64,000 nucleotides of DNA, from the IMG/VR virus record IMGVR_UViG_3300009370_000001. One strand, given 5' to 3'. How positions within the stretch are numbered: the first letter of the stretch is position 1; each line of letters starts with the position of its first letter. Shown piece by piece: positions 38,869-46,757 of the stretch. Both the position numbers and the translations under genes were made by a program. Below the pieces are notes generated by a model. It was given only the letters and a program-made list of their open reading frames with translations. It did not search any database and was not told where the DNA came from. Source of the DNA: a virus (taxonomy: Duplodnaviria > Caudoviricetes).

Positions 38869-39716
38869 TTTCAATTATCGGTATCGGGAACGTCGGTTCT
38901 GCTATTGTAGAAAAGTTTGAAGATATTAGCAATTATGAAGTATATGCTTTAAACAATAAAGTTAAAAGAAATACTAAAAATAAATTTAAGCTAAAACATT
39001 TTGAAGACCCAGATCAATATGAGCAGAATGTACCCGATCTCACAGAGTTTTTTAAAAATGTTCGCGAACGAACACAAGTATTTATTACGGGAGCCTCTCT
39101 TAGCTCTAATTATGGACTAGGCATCTTAGAACAAATTAGGCACACTCGAATAGACCTCTTTTATATTCAGCCCGATACGGAGTTGTTGACCGGCGCCCCC
39201 AAAACAAATGAGAAGATTACTTTTGCAGTACTGCAAGAATATGCGCGCTCTGGGTTATTTAATTCGATCACGATTATTTCCAACGCCCTTCTAGAAAAGG
39301 TAATAGGAGAAATACCTATTAAGACCTATTATGATACCCTGAATAACACGATTTTCTCGATGGTCCATTACTTAAATTTCTTTGAGTTTACAGAGCCCGA
39401 GATTGGTGTAGTATCGACCCCGGCCGCCACAAGTCGCATTCGCGCCATAGCTGCGCTGGATGTAGAAAAACTTGAAGAAAAATGGTTTTTTGAGCTTGAC
39501 GCCCCGCGAGAAGTGTGTTATTATATATGTATAAACGACAAAAGATTAGCGAGTGAGGGAGGCCTTCACAAAAAGCTGGTTGATTTGCTCAAGGAAAAAC
39601 CAAAGAATGCTTTCAAAAAGATTTCATATGCCATTTATGAAACCGAGCACGATGATTTTGGGTTCTGCGTTGCCCACACAAACGTAGTACAAGAACAAAA
39701 AACACTTGACTCTTAA
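38865..39716 (+). CDS. Degenerate tubulin/FtsZ-like protein
   Basis: N-terminal IIGIGNVGSAIV Rossmann loop, FITGAS..S at the G-box position, and later segments resembling the FtsZ N-domain. The GGGTGS/TG signature is absent. Confidence 0.5.
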   Translation: MISIIGIGNVGSAIVEKFEDISNYEVYALNNKVKRNTKNKFKLKHFEDPDQYEQNVPDLTEFFKNVRERTQVFITGASLSSNYGLGILEQIRHTRIDLFYIQPDTELLTGAPKTNEKITFAVLQEYARSGLFNSITIISNALLEKVIGEIPIKTYYDTLNNTIFSMVHYLNFFEFTEPEIGVVSTPAATSRIRAIAALDVEKLEEKWFFELDAPREVCYYICINDKRLASEGGLHKKLVDLLKEKPKNAFKKISYAIYETEHDDFGFCVAHTNVVQEQKTLDS

Positions 39717-39734
39717 AGTTGGGTGTGTTATACT
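39706..39734 (+). promoter_or_regulatory. sigma70-type promoter for the SSB gene
   Basis: TTGACT-N17-TATACT with extended TG. Confidence 0.8.
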
Positions 39735-39760
39735 TTATTCACAAAAGGAGAAATTGAATA

Positions 39761-40528
39761 ATGTCAATTGATATGGAGCTTATGCGCCGCAAGCTCGCAA
39801 CTTTGCGCGGTGAAAACAAAGGTGATTCTACTTCTGTTTGGTTTAAACCAGACGAGGGCGACACCGACATTCGGATCATTCCAACTAACGACGGAGATCC
39901 ACTGAAGGAAATGTTCTTTCATTATAACGTAGGAGACCACAGGGGCGGAATCTTGTGTCCTAAGCGTAATTTTAGTGAGGCATGTCCTATCTGCGAATTC
40001 GCTTCTTCGCTTTGGCGAGAAGGAAGCGAGAAAAACGACGAGGAGAGCAAAAAGCTTGCAAAGTCACTCTTTGTGCGCACCCGCTATTTCAGCCCCGTCG
40101 TTGTTCGTGGTCGAGAAGATGAAGGGATTAAGGTATACGGCTACGGTAAGACCGCATACGAACTCCTTCTCGGCTACATCCTTGACCCCGAGTACGGTGA
40201 TGTTACGGACGCGACCGAGGGTACTGATATTACTCTCACGTATACGAAGCCCACTAAGCCGGGAGCATACCCCCAGACGAGCCTGAAAATGCGTCGTAAT
40301 ACCTCAACTTTGCTTGAGGATACCGAGGCCATCCCCGCCCTCCTTGATGGCATGCCCGACTTTGACTCTCTCTTTGAGCGTCTTAGCCCCGAGCAGGTAG
40401 ACGCTATTCTCGATGAACAACTTGCCGGAGACGGATCCGCTGAGTCGCGTTCACGCGAGACTGCCAAGTACAGCACAACCGAAGCTACTGACGTCGACCG
40501 TGCATTTAATGAACTGGTAGCAGGCTAG
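39761..40528 (+). CDS. Single-stranded DNA-binding protein (T4 gp32-like)
   Basis: AGGAG RBS; WFKPDEG...IRIIP, HY...CP...CPICE Zn site, YGYGKT, YGDVTD...GTDITL; acidic tail. Confidence 0.85.
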   Translation: MSIDMELMRRKLATLRGENKGDSTSVWFKPDEGDTDIRIIPTNDGDPLKEMFFHYNVGDHRGGILCPKRNFSEACPICEFASSLWREGSEKNDEESKKLAKSLFVRTRYFSPVVVRGREDEGIKVYGYGKTAYELLLGYILDPEYGDVTDATEGTDITLTYTKPTKPGAYPQTSLKMRRNTSTLLEDTEAIPALLDGMPDFDSLFERLSPEQVDAILDEQLAGDGSAESRSRETAKYSTTEATDVDRAFNELVAG

Positions 40529-40539
40529 GCTCGCCCCGC

Positions 40540-40570
40540 TGGCAGACCGGGGAATGTCTGCCACCTTTTT
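40540..40570 (+). terminator. Terminator hairpin after the SSB gene, also part of a possible pseudoknot
   Basis: TGGCAGAC-CGGGGAAT-GTCTGCCA followed by CCTTTTT. Confidence 0.75.
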
Positions 40571-40688
40571 AATTAGTATCCAGAGTGGTCAAGGATATAA
40601 ATAAAAAGACCACATTTAACCCAAAAGTGCAATTGTTATGGCTATCGCACTTTCCATTAACAGGCCATTGGCCAAAGGAATATATAAA

Positions 40689-41792
40689 ATGGACACAAAC
40701 ACAGCGAATACCGGCGCCAATACCGGTATCCTCGATGTCAACAATCTTAATGGTGTTGATAATCACCCTAATAACCCGCTCGTTCGCGTGGGCTTTAACG
40801 ACCAAGGAACTATCAATCTAGATGACCTAGAGAGAATCATTAAACTTCAGTTCAATGATGCGAAGTTCTCACACTTCGACTGGTTAGATTTAGATGAGAT
40901 CGATCTCAATTCCTCTAACTGGAAGAACATTGGAATCCGGGATGACTTCGACGAGACTACTCGTATTGAGAGTTTCCGAGTTTCTTTCCGCCGACATGGA
41001 TATGACATGTCGGAATTCCCACCATGTATCGATACTGATGGTGATGTAATGGAAGGACGTACCCGCATTAAAGGAGCTATCCTGAACGGGTATCGCTACA
41101 TGCCAGTTGCAGTCTACACTCGTAGTGTCAAGACAGAACGCAACACCGTCACTAACGGACTGCTTGCCAATCAGAAGAAGCCAGTCTTTATGGCCAGCTT
41201 CAACGATTATGTTGGAGCGGGAGTCAACTTGATTGCCAAGGGACAGCTTAAAGCTACGTCTACGGCTGTTGATGACTGGCTCAATCATGAAGTCAAGATT
41301 GGCCAAGTTATTGATAACGGTATCAATGGAATGGTCACTAAGATTCGCAATGCGATCTTGAACCGCGCCTCGACGCGCGCAGGACTTGTCTGGCGCGTAA
41401 CTAAATCTGAGGCTGAGAAGTGGATCAAGACAAATCTTGGTTTGGCTAAGGCTGACTTTGTTCTGATCAACATGGCAGACAACGAGACATATGCGGAGCG
41501 CGCATGGCGACAAATCCGAGATGCCCTCAAAAACGGCCGCGAGCCGGTGAACCTGATCTTCTACACCACAGACGACGACCCTAACGCTGCACGCGCTGGT
41601 CTGAAGAAGTCTATGGAATATGTAGAAAACTTGTACTGCGATTCGTGGGAAGTGGTTATGAGTCAGTTGCCCGAAGGCATCTCTTTGACAATTCCTCCGC
41701 ACCGCCCCTTTGTTTTTAAGGGAGCGCTGCCGCAGCTTGTTCAGCGTCACAACATCAACAGCAGCAACTTGGTTTCGGTCAATAACTACTGA
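40689..41792 (+). CDS. ParB/Srx-like domain protein
   Basis: FRRHGY...PPCIDTDGDVMEGRTRIKGA...MPVAVY resembles the ParB N-terminal motif; AAGGA RBS before ATG 40689. Confidence 0.5.
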   Translation: MDTNTANTGANTGILDVNNLNGVDNHPNNPLVRVGFNDQGTINLDDLERIIKLQFNDAKFSHFDWLDLDEIDLNSSNWKNIGIRDDFDETTRIESFRVSFRRHGYDMSEFPPCIDTDGDVMEGRTRIKGAILNGYRYMPVAVYTRSVKTERNTVTNGLLANQKKPVFMASFNDYVGAGVNLIAKGQLKATSTAVDDWLNHEVKIGQVIDNGINGMVTKIRNAILNRASTRAGLVWRVTKSEAEKWIKTNLGLAKADFVLINMADNETYAERAWRQIRDALKNGREPVNLIFYTTDDDPNAARAGLKKSMEYVENLYCDSWEVVMSQLPEGISLTIPPHRPFVFKGALPQLVQRHNINSSNLVSVNNY

Positions 41793-42904
41793 TGAAGACG
41801 CCATTACGATACCCCGGCGGCAAATCCCGCGCCGTAAATGTAATCTTACCTCTCATCCCAGAAGACTGTGGGGAGCTTTGCTCCCCCTTTCTTGGGGGAG
41901 GATCGATTGAGATTGCAGCGGCCGAACGCGGGATGACTGTTCACGGGTATGATTTGTTTGCTCCCTTGGTATGGTTTTGGGAAGAGATATTAACTCGACC
42001 GGACAAGGTATCGAAACGCGCCCGCACTTATAGTGAAAATGTTGCGAATTACACGCCGCTTGAATACTGGGTAGACCGATGGAATCATTTCGCTGTTACT
42101 GCACCACTGTGTAAGAAAAACTGTCGCGTGCACAATAAAGAGAGCACGGTGTGGTGTAACGATCATGATAAATTGGAGAAATTGATTCGAGGCAATTTAA
42201 TCGGCATTTCGGAAGACACCTTCAGAAAGTGTCAAGCGCATTTAAAATCTATAATGAATACGAAGGGAAAGTCCACTATCGATAAGGCAGCACAACTTTT
42301 CGTAGTCAACAAGGCCGGCCGGTCGGGAGCCACTTTAAGTGGCGGCTATTCCTGGCGCGCCTCTTGGGATCGCTATAACGAATTACAACTACAAAGACTC
42401 TCAGAGTTTAAATTAGCAAACTTTAATGTGGGGCGCGCGGATTTTGACATTTCGATACGCAATCACCCTGCGGCCTTTTTATATCTCGATCCCCCTTATT
42501 ATCTGGAGGAAAAAAAGAATAAACTTTACGGGACAAACGGAAGTCTTCATGAGGGGTTTGATCATATACGACTGTATCAGGCTTTAAAATCAGTTGACAA
42601 CCCCTTCATTATGTCGTATAATCAAAGTAGCTTCATTAGAGCACTTTATGAAGAAATTGGTGCGACGTGCATCAACTTAGAAGATGCTTGGGCATATGGA
42701 ATGAACACTTCCAAAAAGTCTGATGAAATGATTGTAACAAACTTACCGGATGCGCAAATCAGAGCGCAGATAGAAGAAACACTTAACAAAGAAAAAGGAG
42801 AGCAAAATGCCGAGAAAGGCAAAACAAACGAAAGCAGGTCGTGTATCCATGCAGGAACTCATGACCCTAGTAAACAAGAAAGCGGGCCGCAATGTCGCCC
42901 ATGA
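41792..42904 (+). CDS. dam: DNA adenine methyltransferase (D12 class, Dam-like)
   Basis: PLRYPGGKSR, SPFLGGGS (SAM-binding) and YLDPPY (catalytic). Confidence 0.88.
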   Translation: MKTPLRYPGGKSRAVNVILPLIPEDCGELCSPFLGGGSIEIAAAERGMTVHGYDLFAPLVWFWEEILTRPDKVSKRARTYSENVANYTPLEYWVDRWNHFAVTAPLCKKNCRVHNKESTVWCNDHDKLEKLIRGNLIGISEDTFRKCQAHLKSIMNTKGKSTIDKAAQLFVVNKAGRSGATLSGGYSWRASWDRYNELQLQRLSEFKLANFNVGRADFDISIRNHPAAFLYLDPPYYLEEKKNKLYGTNGSLHEGFDHIRLYQALKSVDNPFIMSYNQSSFIRALYEEIGATCINLEDAWAYGMNTSKKSDEMIVTNLPDAQIRAQIEETLNKEKGEQNAEKGKTNESRSCIHAGTHDPSKQESGPQCRP

Positions 42905-43955
42905 TCTAACGGGGGAGAACCCTACCGAAGTCAAGGAATGGATTCCCACAGGATCGCGCTGGCTTGACAGTATTATATGCAAAGGACACATTGGCGGCAT
43001 CCCTGTAGGGAAGGTCACAGAAATTGCAGGACTTACCTCCACAGGTAAATCTTATATGGCTGCGCAGATTGCAGCCAACGCCCAGAAAATGGACAAGCTC
43101 GTCGTATATTTTGATTCCGAGTCAGCCATTGACCCTGCTTTTTTGGAGGCAGCAGGTTGCGACCTAGAGCGCTTAATGTACGTTCAGGCATCGTCTGTCG
43201 AGTTTGTTCTTGAGACAATTGAAGAACTTCTAGGAGCAACCGACGAGAAGCTGCTATTGATTTGGGATTCTCTCGCATTCACTCCCGCAGTGTCGGATGT
43301 CGAAGGCGACTTTAATCCTCAATCCTCCATGGCAATGAAGGCACGCATCCTGGCGAAGGGAATGTCAAAGCTGACACTTCCTATTGCCGACAAGCAAGCA
43401 ACCTTCTTGGTTCTTAATCAGCTTAAGACCAACATTACTAGTGGGCCGATGGCACATATCACAGCCATGACTACTCCCTACATGACACCCGGCGGAAAGG
43501 CAATGCATTATTCTTATTCGCTGCGCATCTGGCTCACCGGACGCAAAGCTAAGAGCGCTTTCGTGATGGACGATAAAGGTTTCCGCATCGGCTCCGAAGT
43601 TAAAGTTCGACTAGAGAAGTCACGCTTTGGAACTCAAGGAAGAAACTGCGCTTTCCGCATTATGTGGGGCACCGATGAGGTTGGTATCCGTGATGAAGAA
43701 AGCTGGTTCGATGCTATTAAGACATCCGAATGTCTAACGTCTAAGGGGGCATGGTACACGCTAACCACACCAGACGGCTATAGCAAAAAGTTCCAGCCTT
43801 CAAAGTGGGCCGAGATCATTAAAACAGATAATGAATTTAGAGAGCAGGTCATCCGTCTAATGGATGAAGAAGTCATTCAACGATTTGATCGCCGCGAAGG
43901 AACCGCCGACGATTTTTACGAACCTTATGAAGAACAGGAGATTTCAAATGAATAA
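42807..43955 (+). CDS. recA: RecA/UvsX recombinase
   Basis: AAGGAG RBS; EIAGLTSTGKS Walker A, YFDSE, IWDS, VLNQL, TPGGKAMHY. Confidence 0.92.
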   Translation: MPRKAKQTKAGRVSMQELMTLVNKKAGRNVAHDLTGENPTEVKEWIPTGSRWLDSIICKGHIGGIPVGKVTEIAGLTSTGKSYMAAQIAANAQKMDKLVVYFDSESAIDPAFLEAAGCDLERLMYVQASSVEFVLETIEELLGATDEKLLLIWDSLAFTPAVSDVEGDFNPQSSMAMKARILAKGMSKLTLPIADKQATFLVLNQLKTNITSGPMAHITAMTTPYMTPGGKAMHYSYSLRIWLTGRKAKSAFVMDDKGFRIGSEVKVRLEKSRFGTQGRNCAFRIMWGTDEVGIRDEESWFDAIKTSECLTSKGAWYTLTTPDGYSKKFQPSKWAEIIKTDNEFREQVIRLMDEEVIQRFDRREGTADDFYEPYEEQEISNE

Positions 43956-44271
43956 GATTATGATAGCAACCATGGCATGGTTGAGTAGCGCTTGCGTAGT
44001 GCATTCGCATCCCCATCCGCCACCCAAAGCGGCACCCCCGGCAGTCCACCGCCCAGCACCACCACCTCCTCGGGCCCACCAACCTCAACCGGTAAAGGTG
44101 AAGGCTTGGGTATGGGTCAAAGGACACCATAATGCACGCGGCGCGTGGGTTCATGGATATTGGGAGTTGCGCACTGTGCCGCGGCATATGATTAATCGCC
44201 ACCCGCACACTTACGTGCGCCATGTCAAAGGCCGCGGCAGACCGGTGCCGCCTGCACGCAGATATCGTTAA
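43948..44271 (+). CDS. Putative lipoprotein with a Pro-rich linker and a WxWxxGxW (YXWGXW-like) repeat
   Basis: AGGAG RBS; short signal peptide ending LSSAC (lipobox-like); WVWVKGHH...WVHGYW. Confidence 0.55.
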   Translation: MNKIMIATMAWLSSACVVHSHPHPPPKAAPPAVHRPAPPPPRAHQPQPVKVKAWVWVKGHHNARGAWVHGYWELRTVPRHMINRHPHTYVRHVKGRGRPVPPARRYR

Positions 44272-44280
44272 AAAAACTAC

Positions 44281-44309
44281 TTGACACCGAGAGCCTTCTA
44301 TGTTATGTT
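44281..44309 (+). promoter_or_regulatory. sigma70-type promoter
   Basis: TTGACA-N17-TATGTT with extended TG. Confidence 0.65.
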
Positions 44310-44334
44310 ATATATAACAGGAGGGCTTTCTTGT

Positions 44335-45315
44335 ATGAAGAGAGTATTGATTATTGATGCGTTAAATGCTTATTTGCGCGCATATATTGTAGACCCCAGC
44401 ATTTCCACTAATGGAGAACCCATTGGGGGGATCAAGGGTTTTATTAAGATCTTGCAACGACATGTGCGCGAGACGAAACCCGATCAGATCGTGATCGTAT
44501 GGGATGGTCCCAACGGCTCGAAGAAGCGCAAGAGCACTGACAAAAACTATAAGGCCGGCCGCAAGCCTATTCGCTTAAATCGGGCTTTCCACAATCTTAC
44601 GGATGATGAAGAATTGCACAACAAGATGTGGCAGCAAAGTCGTGTGATTGAATACTTTAATCAAATGCCTATTGTACAGTTTATGATCCCTGAGATTGAA
44701 GCTGATGATGTGATTGCTTATCTTACACATATGCATTATTACAAGGGATGGCAGAAGATTATTATTTCTAATGATCGTGACTTTATGCAGCTATGCGATG
44801 ATGAAACGGTGTTGCTGCGACCCACCAAGAACGAGCTACTTAACAAGTCACGCATCATTGAACAGACCGGCATTCATCCGACTAACATGGCGTTGGCCCG
44901 AGCCATCGCTGGTGATGCCTCGGACAACCTCCCTGGTATCAAAGGCGCCGGATTGGCGACAGTAGGCAAAAGATTAAACTTTTTGAGCGATAGTAAATCT
45001 TACACCATTGATGAGGTGGTAGAATATTGCGGCAAAAGCAAAGCCAAGCTTAAGTTCTTCACCAACATCGCAGAGAACCAAAGTTTGATCGAACACAACT
45101 ACAAGATGATGCAACTGTATGCTCCGCAGATGTCAGTGCAGTCTAAACAACACGTTCAACACACTATTGAAAACTTTGAGTGCGAATTTAATAAAACTGA
45201 GATTATTGGTATGATGCGCGCCGATGGATTCGGCGAGTTAAATTGGGAAGTTCTTAAGGAAAACTTAAACAAGATCAATAAGGACTGTGTTGACGTCAAC
45301 AAAGAAATATTTTAA
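44335..45315 (+). CDS. 5'-3' exonuclease / flap endonuclease (T4 RNase H-like)
   Basis: LIIDALN, VWDG, YKAGRK, EADDVIA, SNDRDFMQL, GDASDNLPGIKGAG; AGGAGG RBS. Confidence 0.92.
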   Translation: MKRVLIIDALNAYLRAYIVDPSISTNGEPIGGIKGFIKILQRHVRETKPDQIVIVWDGPNGSKKRKSTDKNYKAGRKPIRLNRAFHNLTDDEELHNKMWQQSRVIEYFNQMPIVQFMIPEIEADDVIAYLTHMHYYKGWQKIIISNDRDFMQLCDDETVLLRPTKNELLNKSRIIEQTGIHPTNMALARAIAGDASDNLPGIKGAGLATVGKRLNFLSDSKSYTIDEVVEYCGKSKAKLKFFTNIAENQSLIEHNYKMMQLYAPQMSVQSKQHVQHTIENFECEFNKTEIIGMMRADGFGELNWEVLKENLNKINKDCVDVNKEIF

Positions 45316-45350
45316 AATTGATTTGACTTTAGCGCTCAATCAGTTATACT
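45290..45350 (+). promoter_or_regulatory. Tandem sigma70-type promoters before the helicase gene
   Basis: TTGACG(45290)-N17-TAAAAT and TTGACT(45323)-N16-TATACT. Confidence 0.65.
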
Positions 45351-45376
45351 TATAATACACCATCGAGAGGGAATGA

Positions 45377-46753
45377 ATGCTCACTGAAAATGTGAATTTT
45401 GGAAGGTACGGAAAAGCCTTCCAAGAGGGACTAGTACAACTTATTTTTGAAGACAGGCCGTTTGCGGATCAGATTACTGAAGTCCTCGATACACAGTTTT
45501 TAGAACTTGAATATTTACGCACATTTGTCTCAAAAGTAATAGATTATCGCACTAGATATAGCACCCACCCATCAGTAGAAGCTATGCTGACTATTCTGCG
45601 TACTGAGATGGATGGTGAAGACGAAGTACTCCAGAACCAAGTGCGGGAATATTTTGCACGTATTCATACGCGCGAGATGTCAGATATTGAATATATCAAA
45701 GAGACTTCTCTTGATTTTTGCCGCAAGCAAAACCTTAAAGAAGCCATGATGAAATCGGTAGGGCTCTTGCAGAACTGTTCGTTTGATGAGATCTCTACCG
45801 TTATTAATGATGCCCTTAAGCTTGGTTCGGAAAACAACTTTGGTTATGATTATCTCGCAGATTTTGAGGAGCGCTTTAAACTGAAGCACCGCGCTCCTGT
45901 TACCACTGGTTGGAAAGAGATTGATACCATTACTGGAGGTGGACTAGGCAAAAGCGAGCTAGGCGTCGTTATTGCGCCGACAGGTGCAGGAAAGTCTATG
46001 GCCCTTGTACACTTGGGCTCCCAAGCGATCAAAGAAGGAAAGACTGTTGTTCATTATACTTTAGAACTGCAGGATACTGTTATCGGCACTCGCTATGATA
46101 GCTGTATTACTGGTTATCCTCTTTCTGATATCCGTAATTTTAAAGACGATATCTATGAAGAGATCAAGGAACTCGATGGGGCGTTGATTGTAAAGGAATA
46201 TCCTACTAAATCAGCTACGACCAATACTATACGCTCTCACCTTGCACGACTTATTAAAAGAGATATCAAGCCCGGGCTTATCATTGTAGACTATGCGGAT
46301 CTGCTTAAGCCCGTAACCGTGCGCAAAGAAAAGCGCAACGAACTCGAATCAATTTATGAAGAGCTTCGCGCTCTCGCCACAGAATTCAAATGTCCGATTT
46401 GGACAGCTTCACAGACTAATCGTTCTGGACTTAACGCTGAAGTCATAACGATGGAACAGATTTCCGAAGCCTTTAACAAGTGTTTCGTTGCTGATTTTAT
46501 CTTTTCGATCTCGCGCACTATTGAAGATAAACAAAACAACCAAGGCAAAATCTTTATTGCCAAAAACCGTAATGGACCGGATGGCATTATTTATCCTATT
46601 TTTATGGATACTTCCAATGTCAAGATTCAAATCCTCCCCAAAGCACAGATGCCGACAATGGCCACCGGAGTTGCAACAAGCCCGGTCGCGTTGGGAGTAA
46701 AACAACAACAACAATTGTTGCGAGAAAAATATACAAAATTAAAAAGGAAATAA
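45377..46753 (+). CDS. dnaB: Replicative DNA helicase (DnaB / gp41-like)
   Basis: IAPTGAGKS Walker A, YTLEL, IVDYADLL, WTASQTNR, AKNRNG. Confidence 0.92.
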   Translation: MLTENVNFGRYGKAFQEGLVQLIFEDRPFADQITEVLDTQFLELEYLRTFVSKVIDYRTRYSTHPSVEAMLTILRTEMDGEDEVLQNQVREYFARIHTREMSDIEYIKETSLDFCRKQNLKEAMMKSVGLLQNCSFDEISTVINDALKLGSENNFGYDYLADFEERFKLKHRAPVTTGWKEIDTITGGGLGKSELGVVIAPTGAGKSMALVHLGSQAIKEGKTVVHYTLELQDTVIGTRYDSCITGYPLSDIRNFKDDIYEEIKELDGALIVKEYPTKSATTNTIRSHLARLIKRDIKPGLIIVDYADLLKPVTVRKEKRNELESIYEELRALATEFKCPIWTASQTNRSGLNAEVITMEQISEAFNKCFVADFIFSISRTIEDKQNNQGKIFIAKNRNGPDGIIYPIFMDTSNVKIQILPKAQMPTMATGVATSPVALGVKQQQQLLREKYTKLKRK

Positions 46754-46757
46754 ACAA

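Noticed and set aside
38865-39716. Calling this a nucleus-forming phage because of a tubulin-like gene
   Set aside because: The tubulin signature is degenerate, no shell protein or phage multisubunit RNA polymerase was recognised, and the structural genes are T4-like.
40890-41804. 304-aa minus-strand ORF
   Set aside because: It is fully antisense to the ParB-like gene and has no RBS, promoter or motif. It is best explained as a codon-bias shadow.
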